Notes under the pieces: model-generated
The model's input: the letters and a program-made list of their open reading frames with translations, nothing else
The model's database searches: none
Told to the model about the DNA's origin: nothing
Position numbers and translations under genes: made by a program
Assembly: GCA_002633005.1 (NCBI GenBank)
Contig: NMRA01000583.1
Coordinates: 62,001 to 126,000, forward strand
Length of the DNA: 64,000 nt
From: Phoronis australis
Lineage: Eukaryota > Animalia > Phoronida
Direction: 5' to 3'
Part shown: positions 12,725 to 24,842 of the stretch, one piece after another
Numbering within the stretch: position 1 is the first letter of the stretch
How the letters are laid out: every line of letters starts with the position of its first letter

Positions 12725-13851
12725 CTGAAACCAAGAGAGAAGTCATGTTAGGACACATCCACTGAGTATACACTGCCATCAGCCTGGCCTATAAGCAAAG
12801 TGTGCTCTTTTAAAAACTATTGCACGCACGGCTTTGACCCCTTAGTCTTGCTAAAAAGCTCTCACCCAGCGGATACTCGCTTCACCCCTATCCCAGTCAT
12901 CAGCACATTTCCATTTGCCTCTCACAACCCTGTTGAGTGACTGCGAGCAGAGTGACATTTGGTTTCAGAATGTACGTGCCAAACACAGTCACAATCACAA
13001 GGTCTAACCAGACTGTACAAGGAAATGAGGTGACTTATACAACAATGTATAATAGGGCTGCTCATAGTAAGCACTGCCATAAACAGCCCTAGCATGTTCA
13101 GTTGTGTACAGCATGCTGACTGAGCACAAACATCCCTTGACAATGATTCAATTAAAGTAATCAACAAAACCAAACTGTCATACTTTCCCATCCGAGTCTT
13201 GAAAATCATCCGGTGAAACAAAATAGCGGGGATTCCCTTATCTGGTCTCCGGGTTTCATGACAGGGCGGGACAGGCCACAAGGGTATTTCTAACAATTAC
13301 ATATCTTATATGTCAATTGTCATTTTGTGTTTGATTTTACTTTATTTCTGTTTTTGTTGATAAAGGAAGTTGTTACATCCGAAAATTTCAAATTTCAGTT
13401 GATCCATTCTTGTTGTTTTATTTACCGATTTATAACAATTACAGAAAACAATGCACTTCTACAATTACTTTAATTATCCTGAACAATGTTAGAAATTAAT
13501 TCAGCAATAAAACACCCTCTTCAACAAATTAGCCAATTGAGCAAGGGGTCATTTTCAATGAAAAACATGGGGGTGTGTTTGAAAGATTCGTCAGATGCAA
13601 CATTACAATCACAATTTACCGAAACCCCATTTTTAACTGCAAGTTTCCATAAAATTCAGCAATGTTTTCGTCGAGTCTCTCAGGTTAAGTTAGTCACACA
13701 ATGGTAGCATTTTATATCAGATGGAGCGGTGACGTCCCAACTTAGGGAGAGTCCAGTGACGCAGAGCAGGAGGGAACAGACATCAAGAGTAAAGCCTATC
13801 CCACCAATATTTTTGCCCTTGGTAAGTTCAGAACATAAAAAGAGCGCTCAC

Positions 13852-13938
13852 CTCTAAGAGAGGGAAGAGATCCTTGTCTTCGTCTTTAAGAATGTTCCAC
13901 TTAGCTATGAGAGGCGGCATCAACATTTGAATATACTC
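13852..13938 (-). CDS. TNPO1: Transportin exon 13, [29 protein letters not shown]
   Basis: 87 nt by manual translation; ag/gtgag boundaries. Confidence 0.95.
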
Positions 13939-14478
13939 CTGAGAAAATAAAAATAAAGCATGAAACAATGGTTCTCATTTCCAGACACAATAGCACAAAT
14001 TACTCAAATTTAACACGAAAAAACAAACCTAATTTGCTATAACCTTGACCAAACAGGCTTGCAACTTTATCTCACAATTGTTCTAGACAATGTGCTCATT
14101 TTGGGCTCGGAGGAGATAAGTAGTATTAGAATAGTGGCTTAGAATATTGCACATGGTAGTAAATCATGGGTGTCATTCACACTCACACTAGGCCATTTGA
14201 AACTGAAATACAAGGTCAGTCACTGTAATTGTTTGGGAGCCTTGCTCTTAGCCATACAACTGTCCTAGTTATACTGTCAAACTAAACACAGCTCATCTTC
14301 TCCAAAGGCCCTGTTTGAGAAGATAATTGTCTTATTACCCCACGTGTATTCTGAATAGCTCAGCCCGGAAGACCAGAGGAGTTGATGAAAACTCTGTACA
14401 CGAAATTATGAATTGATCCTAAAAATACTGGGCATAACACAAACTCAGCTAAAGAGAATGCTCTGCACAAAGAATTCA

Positions 14479-14748
<270 letters not shown>

Positions 14749-15250
14749 TTACATGGCAGTTACCCTAGTGATGGACAGACTATCATGAGGTCATGTGATG
14801 AAATAACACCTGATTACTTTGCACTATACCAACTAACGTGTATTTTGTGTAACAAAGTCAATGACCGAGGAGCACGATACATTAGAATATGCCGTAACAT
14901 GATTGTTACCAGAGCACCATAGCAACCATTTTTGCTCTACACGCGTTGAGATTACTGTTCTCACACACATAGCACAAACAATGGCGTCAAAGTAGAATGC
15001 TTAACAGTCAGTCTCTTCCCCATTGGCCCAATAAAGGAACTACTGCCTACTGATACTCAAAAATGTGCTCAACAAACTGAAAAATTGGTTGAATTTCCAG
15101 GACCCCTTTTCACTGTAGCATTTATCATGACTGCAAAAAAAGATAACCGAATATCTGATTCTACTATGCCTCAAACTTTCTTGACTAATGTGTTTGTGAG
15201 GAACACAATAGCAAGAGTTCTGTCCACTATCTGAATTCCTCTCTACTCAC

Positions 15251-15423
15251 CTCAGTCATCAGCCGTTGCAAGTAAATCTCAGCTGGCTGACCGACAACCC
15301 AGTGTGCGTAGCGGCTCAGTGTCCAGCAGGTGATAGAACGCACCAAGGCCTTTTTGTCAGACAGACAACCAATCAAGAAGGGCACCAAGTCAGGCAGGTG
15401 TGGGATGATGCCGTTCATACAAC
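15251..15423 (-). CDS. TNPO1: Transportin exon 11, [11 protein letters not shown]...[18 protein letters not shown]...LMTE
   Basis: Within ORF 15227-15514; 173 nt. Confidence 0.95.
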
Positions 15424-15819
15424 CTGCAACACGAGATGAACCAAAGCGGTTGATGGATGAGAATGTGAGCAACGTGTCCGCAACACAGATGGAAAACAAT
15501 TGACGTTCATGCACTCAAGCCCTCCACGGGAGGTGTAGTACGTGTAACACACAACCCCTCAAATCCTCAGGCGGAGGTGTAGAACATCTCGAACATCAAG
15601 TTCCAGGGTGAGACCAGTGCCATGGATCAGCCCACCCAGCCCAAGCCCTATAGGTCAGCGTTCCTCCGCAACAGGAGATTCAAACTTGGCAGGATTCGTA
15701 ACAATTATGACAAATGTGTTAGACATTCCAATTCCATGCTGTGAGAGGTTTATATGCAAAGTCCTGGAATCAATACTCTGGGACTAAACCAACACGAAGT
15801 CCCTTGCCGATAACAAAAA

Positions 15820-16400
15820 TGACCACTAAAGGGTTCTGCAATGGTCGAATCTGCCCTAAAATTTTCTGGTGTCGGTGCATTGACATCAAATACTTTTGTG
15901 TTAAGTTTCATTATATACCGTTGATCAGTTCCCTAGACATCATCCAGAAACGTTCTTGCACACAATGGTCACTAGAAGGCATGGCAGTGGTTAAATCTGT
16001 CTAAAAATCAAATGTTGCCAGCACGTTGTCATCACATAACTCTGGGTTAGGTTTCATTGAAATCCATCAGTCGTTTCTCTAGATATCATCCGCAAATGCC
16101 CTTCCCGTAAACAACACTTGAAAAGCCCCTTGTTGTGAACAAAATGGCCACTAGGAGGTGCTGCAGTGGTCAAAACAGCAAAAAATTTAATGTTATCAGC
16201 GCATACCTTTGTGTCAAGTTTAATAAAAATTCACCAATAAGATCTCTAAATATTATTCGGAAACGCTCTTCTCCGAAATAGCCACTAGGTGCTGCAATGG
16301 TCGGGTCAGCACGAAAATTAAACGGTGCCGCCACATTGCATTCGGAAATGCTCCAACCCAAACCCCAAGCCAAGAACAAAATGGCCACTAGGTGCAGCAG
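15820..16400. repeat. Degenerate tandem subrepeat array with a recurring AAATGGCCACTAGG..GCTGCA motif
   Basis: Motif at about 15820, 15965, 16143, 16280 and 16380. Confidence 0.5.
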
Positions 16401-16560
16401 TAGTAGGGGCACGAACTGCTGTCTTACTGATAAATATAATTATCTATGTGGGCGCATAAAAAAGGTGACCCACCTTTGGCACTTCTGACTCGGTCACCCA
16501 GCTGGCAACCGAACTATCGAGGTCTATGTATATCCCTACTTAGGGGGAGGAATTTCTCAC

Positions 16561-16713
16561 CTTCAGCGATGGCACCCAGCATCAGTATGCCAGACTCCTT
16601 GATCTCCCAGTCTTGGCTGGACAGTGTTTCCTTCAGTATAGGCAACACTAGAGGCAAGAGCTCATCATGGAACACATTGGCCAGTACGTCCAGTGCAGCA
16701 GCAGAGCACTTCC
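16561..16713 (-). CDS. TNPO1: Transportin exon 10, (R)[14 protein letters not shown]...GAIAE
   Basis: 153 nt, phase 1 to 1; conserved motif. Confidence 0.94.
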
Positions 16714-17054
16714 CTGCAACGGGAGATAATTAACATTAACAAGCTTCACTGAGTAAGCAAAGAGATAACATTACAACTCAACAGTATAGATAAGGCCAAG
16801 GATCTATGTCTTTACTTCCCTAAATGTGGCAGGTGGAAAACAAATGCGAATGTGCTGCCTTCAATGTGATTTTCAAGGCGACTTCATAAAACGAACAAAA
16901 TAAGTTGTGAAGAAATTACGAAGCAAAGCATAAACTGCAGATTTCTAACTGGACGAGAGAACAAGATGAAATTTATTCAGGGAAGCAGTAATATGCCAGG
17001 AGTTCCCAGACTGGACTTTAATGCAACCTAGTTAACCCAGCCAGTAGTTCTTAC

Positions 17055-17133
17055 TAAGGTTCCAGTCAGACAGTGCGTCATCATCGTCTAAACCATCATC
17101 ATCATCCTCTGTTTCGCCATCTCCTTGACCGTT
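17055..17133 (-). CDS. TNPO1: Transportin exon 9, NGQGDGETEDDDDGLDDDDALSDWNL
   Basis: 79 nt; acidic loop ending SDWNL(R). Confidence 0.93.
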
Positions 17134-17497
17134 CTGTAACATAAATAACACAATCAGGCGCTAGAAAACAGTGAATACAGGACAGCATGTAGGCTTCATA
17201 TTGTTTGAAATACAATCTTTTTCCAGAGGATGAAATTCTAATATAGACAAGAAAGCAAAGTATTATATACAGAATAAGAAGTTCAGACAGACTCAGTATT
17301 GAAATCGAGATAAGATTTGTCAGTTTTCAGTTATTGCTTCTTGATGTTTCAATATTGCCTCTACCTTTTAAAGCCGCATGCTGGAAATGCTTCCACACTA
17401 CTAAATTAAGTTCAAACTCTGCATGCACCTGTATCAATAGGTGAATATCAATGAACATTGAAAAAAATTAAAAACACAGGATAAAGTGACGACTCAC

Positions 17498-17608
17498 GTG
17501 CATCTGGTTGTCAGGCGTGTGCTTCTGACTATGTGTCTTTGAGCGGTGGAACCTTGGCTTGATGTCTGACTCTCGGTCAGGTATAGTGGCATCGTCTTCC
17601 ACATCACC
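17498..17608 (-). CDS. TNPO1: Transportin exon 8, [26 protein letters not shown]...
   Basis: 111 nt by manual translation; start of the H8 acidic loop. Confidence 0.93.
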
Positions 17609-17697
17609 CTAGCAACAGATAAACAAACAACACATTGATTTTACACCAATGAAGACTGTTGAAAACTGTGGTCATAATCAGAGGTTAATTAATGAAA

Positions 17698-17763
17698 TGG
17701 GATCAGTTACATCATGATGTCTTCACTAAGATCAGTGAGAGAGTTCAGTCACATCACCTCCCA
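17698..17763 (-). ncRNA. SNORD81: Box C/D snoRNA, SNORD81-like, copy B
   Basis: tggga-g-GTGATGT-gac-TGAACTCTCTCA-CTGA-tctta-GTGAAGA-...-CTGA-tccca. Confidence 0.85.
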
Positions 17764-18377
17764 CACAACAATGGCAAAACTTGACATAGGCCAACTTTGC
17801 AGAATGTTTACGACATTGACACTATTCAGAAACAAAGAAATCCAGCCAAGCTACACTCAAAACATAAAATGTGCTTATGAACAGAAAGCCCGCACAACGG
17901 GTGCTGAAGAGCCTACACCACCTGCAGAATGACAATAAACCACCACCAATTAAAACTTACTTAAATCCTCAAAGAAGATTATACAAAATCTCAAAACCTA
18001 TACATACATACATTGTTACGCATGTTCTAAATGCAGGAACCGTGATCACCTGCCTAACTGCTCATATGCTATTCTAACCGTGCCGTTTCCCTTGTATCCT
18101 AGTCTCCATGTTTTATTCTTAGTAAAATAATTTAATTTACATTTTTTAAATAAATTTGTGTTATATCTTATTTCATTGTAGATGTACTTATTTCTATTGT
18201 TATTTATATTGTTCTTCTTGTTAATATCTATTTAATTTACTGTTACTCAGAGGTCAGCTATTAGCGGCCTGTGCCTTTGCTGGCCAACCAGTCATATAAC
18301 AATGATTTAAAAAAAATATAAAGACTCTCTCTCTATATATATCCAAAGAAGTGCCCACAGCAACACCTGTCACTCAC

Positions 18378-18557
18378 TTTGAGTAGGATGATGTCAATCT
18401 CCGAGTACTTCATGCCCTTGACCAGGACAGGCACCAGTCTCTTGATGTGTGGCCCCAGGACCTCACGGCAGATCGGCTGCTCAGCCAGCGACAGCCAGAA
18501 CTCACACGCCTCCAGGGCTACGCAGTCATCAGTATCTTGTGTCCGCAACAGCATGTA
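18378..18557 (-). CDS. TNPO1: Transportin exon 7, [28 protein letters not shown]...DIILLK
   Basis: 180 nt; VALEACEFW motif. Confidence 0.95.
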
Positions 18558-19132
18558 CTAGGGAGATAAATGATGGCAAAGAGTTGAACTGGTACACACA
18601 GAGTAGACTTTAGTTAGTTTACACTAAGACATATCACTACAGACAGAATTCTACGACGTGTTGTTTTGTGACAACTGTTCAATATAAATGCAGCTGCTAT
18701 CAAAGTGAGCCTACTTTCTTCTAGTAAGGCTAATATCCCAAGAGTGAGGCGAGATCATACAAGTTATCACTGTTTATCATTATGTATGACTAGCAAATCC
18801 TGTGATCTCACTAACGATCACTCAGGAGTCAACACCTAACACCCATATTTAAGCGTGATACAAGACAATGTCCCCATTTTAACCATATCAAACACGTAAA
18901 TTGCAATTTCCACATACAAATCTTGATACCGACAGTGGTAAGAATAAACCATAGCAATGAGAGGCCAACTGATGTATGAGAAGTCTGATATGGGTAACAT
19001 CATTCTCTACATAGCATAGTAATGCATACTCGTAGTACAGTGAAGGGCATCTGTCGTACACACCCATCATGTTACTGTCTCTGGCAAGAGGTTACAACAA
19101 GATGAACACACTACAGGTAACAGTGACAACTA

Positions 19133-19195
19133 TGGGATCAGATAAACAAGCTGTCTTCACATTAGTCAGTGAGAGAGTTCAACCATCATTTCCCA
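19133..19195 (-). ncRNA. SNORD81: Box C/D snoRNA, SNORD81-like, copy C
   Basis: tggga-a-ATGATGG-tTGAACTCTCTCA-CTGA-ctaat-GTGAAGA-...-CTGA-tccca. Confidence 0.82.
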
Positions 19196-19361
19196 CGGAA
19201 TTGGTAGTCATCACACAATGACATGCATGAACACCACCAAATTGTGATGTCATGTTTACAGCCTGCTGAACTGAACAAACTGGGCAGTTAGCTGACAAAA
19301 TACTTGACACTGTGTATTCATCAGTATGTTGTGCTGAGCTGTATCTTAACAGTACACTTAC

Positions 19362-19484
19362 CTCAATAATGTTATTGATGTGTGGAATAAGCCGGTCAAG
19401 TCGTACTTCAACAAGCATAACTAACGCACGACACACATTCTTACGCACTTCGGAGTCCTCATCACTAGACAAGAAGTTTAGTTG
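19362..19484 (-). CDS. TNPO1: Transportin exon 6, [41 protein letters not shown]
   Basis: 123 nt, ag/gtaagt boundaries, HEAT repeat sequence. Confidence 0.95.
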
Positions 19485-19690
19485 CTGGAAAACATTAACA
19501 AGATTGAGGAATGGTGAACAAAGTTTTTAGTATAAATCTGTGTTGTTCCAAGAACATGCTACAACCCCGAAATTCTTGCAGACAGTCTGACATGATATAA
19601 CACAAGTGCTATTCTTGAAATAAGGTGCTTCAGGAAATTCTGAATGATACGAAAATTGGACGCGACATTGCAAATCAAATGCATAGTGAA

Positions 19691-20204
19691 CAGGGCTTGG
19701 AATGACCAATGACAAAAAAAAAGCGGAAACTTTTACGGCCCAAAATATGCGCGCACCCAGCCTTGAAATAGGTGATGTGGACCTTTTGCCGACAGAATTC
19801 GAGAGGACTAAAAAAGAAAAAAAAATGGTACCACTTCCAGAAGTGTGCATCTGCGTCTTTTAGCTCATCCGTCCACTCCCCCACTCCCACCTCCACACAT
19901 TTTTGGCTTCAGAGTCGTAGTATTTGTCACCGCGGTTTACAATCACACGAGATGCCATTGAAGAATCCACAACGCTATGGTATCCCAGATGCCCCGGCAA
20001 TGTTGACAATTTACGTTCCTCCGAAACATAAAGAGCAACTTCCGCTTTTCGAGGTGAAAGTCGTCGGCAATGCCGCGGTAAGAAAGAAATTTGCCGCTGA
20101 GATTTTACATCAAATCCTTTTTACGCGGAAATATAATAAAATACGCGGACAGAACATTTGAAAAAAGCGGAAATCTGCGTTTCCGCGGAAAATTCCAAGC
20201 CTTG
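19691..20204. mobile_element. MITE family A copy (TSD AGTGAA)
   Basis: Same TIRs and internal sequence; 6-bp TSD. Confidence 0.85.
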
Positions 20205-20401
20205 AGTGAAGAAGCAAAATTTTCGCTTCGCCAAAGCCATAAGTACATGGAATCAAATAGCGAAAACACAGACTTGCCGCTAAGGAGAGGAAAAGTTGTG
20301 CCACACAGACACAGCTCAAAATGCATTGTGCGAAGCGTTTACCAAAACCAGTGATCGTAAATGACCATGAAGTTGACACTAATATAGCATGGAGCACAAA
20401 C

Positions 20402-20483
20402 CTCTATGAAAACATCCATTTGAAGCATAAGTGCCTGAGTTCTGTTGATGATGAACTGGTTGACACAAGCGATGGCGTGAGAT
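20402..20483 (-). CDS. TNPO1: Transportin exon 5, (R)[27 protein letters not shown]
   Basis: Within ORF 20339-20524; 82 nt; starts in phase 2, so the preceding exon 4 is missing from the window. Confidence 0.93.
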
Positions 20484-20525
20484 CTGTAAGAGATGAACAT
20501 GACTGATGAACAATCAGCATTCACN

Positions 20526-20886
20526 TCGTCTGCAACGCCGCGGTAAGAAAGGAATTTGCCGCGGAAATTTTATATCAAATCCGATTTTTTTACGCGGAAA
20601 TATTATAAAAAAAGCGGAAAGCACATTTGAAAAAAGCAGAAATCCGCGTTTCCGCGGAAAATTCCAAGCCCTGATATACATTGTATATTTCTTCCTGCTT
20701 TGAAGAGCCCCCACTGTGAGCCTTCAGAGGCTTCCTAGTATTCATTACAATGTGTGAGTCCAAACTTAAAAGATTCCTATTGACAGTGGGCGTCCAAATG
20801 ATACATTGGGCGTCCTTGCCAGGGCGTCCAGATTAGTGCTAGGGCATCCATTTGGACGCCCAGGACATACGCTGCATAAAGGCCTG
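20526..20886. mobile_element. Right end of a family A MITE nested inside a family B MITE, truncated by the gap
   Basis: 20526-20672 is the family A end; 20673-20886 matches 24302-24497. Confidence 0.75.
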
Positions 20887-23800
20887 CCGGCATGGTGGGG
20901 TCATTTTTGTGGCTGACCTATGTTTTCCATATACGGCATGTACTCAGCGCCAAGAGAGCTCAGTCAAAACACCAGATAATGGAAATCTGAAGAATTGGGA
21001 GGCTTTTTATTTAAAGAAAAACTAATTATCAAATACATAACCAACAGCTAATCGCCATTGTGACTAAGAGGTGGCAAGCAAATTTTCAGAATGGTTGAGC
21101 ATTCTACTTTTTGTGTTAAGTTCACTGTAATTTTACCGTGGATTTTTACTTGGCTACAGCAGTTCATGAAGCATCACTGCAAAACACCTCTGACCTCACT
21201 TAGTACAACTGTACACATGAATATATATGCACTCTCAAGTTTGGGTAAGATGCCCCCATTTAAGTCTGACTGAATTTTTGTAATTGACCGGAGGTCTTGA
21301 CAACTTCGTGAACTAAAGCGTCTCGGATGATAAGCAAAAAAGTGCTGGGTTCGAACTTCGAGCTCCAGTTGGAACAGAGATGTGTTAAGAATTAGCTTTA
21401 GGCTACGTGATGTGACAAACATATGGCCCGTAAAGAGACAAACGAGTTTATTTATAACAGCACAATTATTTATAGGTTAGCAAAAAATTCCAGGTTCGAG
21501 CCCCGGTGAGGAGAGATGCTTTCAGACCTAACTAGAGGTCTGGTGATGCGACCAACATGCCACTTATAAGAATACCAATAATTATTATTTAAATTCAACT
21601 AGCTAGGCATGTCACTATCATTTTTAGAGTAAAAAACTAGAATAAGTACCATTATATCGACATATTTAAATCATTTGTCTAGTAAAGCAAACAAAACTTT
21701 TCAAAATACCGGCCGTCCTACGCGTGAATACTGCACGACAATGTAAATCCTTTTTGCTTTCAATGTTTCAATTTAACGAGGAGCAAAACTTTTTATGTTA
21801 TTTGTTGTCTTTTGAATAATTCACAAAACTAGATATGCTCAAAAAAATTTGCCTTATTTTCTTCGTCGGCAAGAGGGGAGCATGTTTCATCACTTCTCCC
21901 TTCTTGGTTCTTTGCGCCACGAAATTCATGTTTTTGCTCCTTTTGCAGGTCTTAAAGGCATAAACCCAGATTTTCTGCACTTTATAAAAAAGGATATATA
22001 ATTTTTACTAGGATCAAATGCCCACCCAACCAAGTCCCTGCTTTTATCATCACCTCCACATGCTAATATCGATGCCAATGACCTAAAACACCAGTCACAT
22101 ATTGACTAATTGAAGATGATTTCTGTTCACGATGTTAAGCGGGTAAATCTGCTTAAGGTTGTCTATTTATGGAATGTGTAACTGGACAGCTGCCGAGTTG
22201 GTCTGAAGAGGTTTGTATGCGACTTCGTAAATCGATAATGAAGCGCATAACCACTTTAAATTTGGAACCCTAGTTTCGAAAACCTAGGCGAGTCTTTGCT
22301 TGGAACACGGAAGTTTGTGATACCTTTGAGGATTCACTTTGCAACTACAAGAAGGAAAGATGGAAATTATACTCAAACAACAGAGCCACAGAATGCCTAA
22401 ATAGGACACTTATTGACTTTCAACAAGAAAAAAAAACACATAAAAGCTAGCCTTTCAAATCCCTGAAAAAGAACGCTTACGTCTCTTCATGAGAATTAGC
22501 CCTCTTAAGCTATTAAGGATAGCAGGCGAGTCATTAACATTTATCGATCGGGCTAAGTAACAAGCATGGATTTTACTTCTTTTCCATCAGTTGAGCAAAG
22601 ACAACATGGGTAAAATCTGCCATTAGAACCACCTTAAACAATGGTAGCCAGTTTGTGGGTTAGGGTTGCCACAGGCAACAATTCATCAGACTACAGCACA
22701 GATTAAATGTACTGAGCACCATCAAACATATCTATCTAAGGTTTTCAACCATTTCAATGGTAGTGGTAAACATGGAAAATATAACAAATTAGATCTGACA
22801 TCAAATTTACATCAGTTGTTAACAATGAGCTCATTTCTCCCCAAATTCACGCATATAAACCGAAACCATATTTTGAAATAAATTGCATGGCAGCCTGTCT
22901 ATAAACTTGAAAACCTTTAACTGCCATTTTATTCATAGAACTAACCACAAGATATAATGGGGAGCATACGGTGTCCACGATGCCTTGAATTTGAGGCCAA
23001 ATATCGGCCCTATTCCCCTGTGAAAAATATTTTTAAAAAATCATGCAACATTCCACTGCACGGACCAAAAAATAAAATTCATATACTACCCAGGAGCACC
23101 TTTTCCTTCAGAAGAGCCAGGGACCTTTATTCCTTAGAAAATTAAGGCATTCTACTTTCTAACCAGGTTTCATCTTCACCCTTCAACACATAATTTTTTT
23201 TAAAAGAATGTCTCACTTAAGGAATGCCATCACACACGCAGTGTCCGCAGACAACATGTCTTCACAGGTATTGATTGCACAAGTACTTCCACAGTCAACA
23301 CTGGTAGCCCATGTTGACTCTGTTCCAGGAATACATTGAGCATCAGTTAGCAGGATAAGTAGCTAATCAATACACTGTGTCTGTCTATGTATAACAGTTC
23401 ACAGAAGCTCACAATAACTTGTAAATAACTTATCACACTCAATTTCTATCTGAAAGACATAAGCCTCTAATCCAGAAACTAATGCTCCAATATTCCTTAC
23501 TTACTGAAAATTTAGCACAAAATAGAGTGCCACTTATTATGAACACTACAGTACATACCAGGGAATTCTGATCAGACGCCCATCACTAGAAAGTGGCTAT
23601 GGGCCCTTTTCGGAAATAAAACAAAAGACATGATGCTTAATTTCTTAAACAGCACCAAAAACAACTGACAAAAATCAAATTGTGACATAATTTCTGCGTT
23701 TTCCAGTCACCACGCAACTTTTGAATACAGGAGAAGAATGCAAACCCTCCACAGCTGTCTACCACAGCTCAACTCATCTTGCACCGCAGTCCAGTGCTCC

Positions 23801-24039
23801 ATTTTGTTTGGTCTTGGTTTTGTTTTTTCACACTAGCTTTGATCCACACCAACCACTGCCTGTGTCAGCCATTTTCACGGCGCCTAGCAACCAAACACCT
23901 AATTTGAGGTCCCCACCATAATTTCAATCACTTTGACCAGTAGCCTTCGTTGCAAATCAGTGGTTTGGATTGATTTTCACGAACTAACAGCAGCTTTTGC
24001 TGTCTTGTAGGTGTGATCAAAACTGATAACCCCAAGAAG

Positions 24040-24497
24040 CAGGCCTTTATCCAGGATTTCGAAAATAGGGTGTCCAGAATGGGTTCCCAATATTCCAGGG
24101 CGTCCATAATTCCGACGCGTAACCCCCACCTCCAGCAATCCTCCCAAACACACAGATTTTTTATACAAAAAATGCATAGACCAAGGTTTTTACATCTAAG
24201 TTTACAAAACAGCCTTCTGTAGTGAGCATTTTTTATAAAAAATTGGAGTAGATCAAGACTTTTACAATGCTATCAACCAAGTGTGAGCATAGCAACATTG
24301 TATATACATTGTATATTTCTTCCTGCTTTGAAAACAGAGCCCCCACTGTGAGCCTTCAGAGGCTTCCTAGTAATCATTACAATGTGTGAGTCCAAACTTG
24401 AAAGGTTCCTATTGACAGTGGGCCTCCAAATGTTACATTGGGTGTCCTTGCCAGAACATCCATATTAGTGCTAGAACCTAGGCTGCATAAAGGCCTG
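24040..24497. mobile_element. hAT-like MITE family B (TIR CAGGCCTTTAT, 8-bp TSD CCAAGAAG/CCAGGAAG)
   Basis: TIRs plus an 8-bp TSD with one mismatch. Confidence 0.75.
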
Positions 24498-24585
24498 CCA
24501 GGAAGTCAAACCTACAGTAAATAAGTTGAAAAATGGATGTAAAACCACCGTCCGCCTTTGGAGCAATTAAGGCGACGTCACTCAC

Positions 24586-24842
24586 CTCACAAACATTGTA
24601 GTCCTGCGAGTCAAGACACTCACACAGTCGGCCCAACAGACCAGGCCAGTTTTGCAGCTCCCCCTTTGAAGCAATTGTTGTGATGAGGATGCCGATGGTA
24701 GCCCGGATGAGTGGTGACGGGTCACCGATGCTGTCTAGGCACTCACTCTGAATGAACTCGGTCACGTTTTGTGGGAACATGTGAAAGTGAGCTCGTACGT
24801 TGTTCTTGAGGATAAGACCACTGAGGGATCGTGTTGGCTCAT
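24586..24842 (-). CDS. TNPO1: Transportin exon 3, [16 protein letters not shown]...SQDYNVCE
   Basis: Within ORF 24478-24900; 257 nt bounded by ag/gt; IBN_N region. Confidence 0.95.

Noticed and set aside
13712-13795. TTGATGT...CTGA possible snoRNA on the minus strand
   Set aside because: Weak terminal stem, no clear C'/D' boxes and no target recognised.
20673-24497. Haplotype duplication as the explanation for 20673-20886 matching 24302-24497
   Set aside because: The similarity stops at a TIR (ATAAAGGCCTG), so these are two copies of a MITE.
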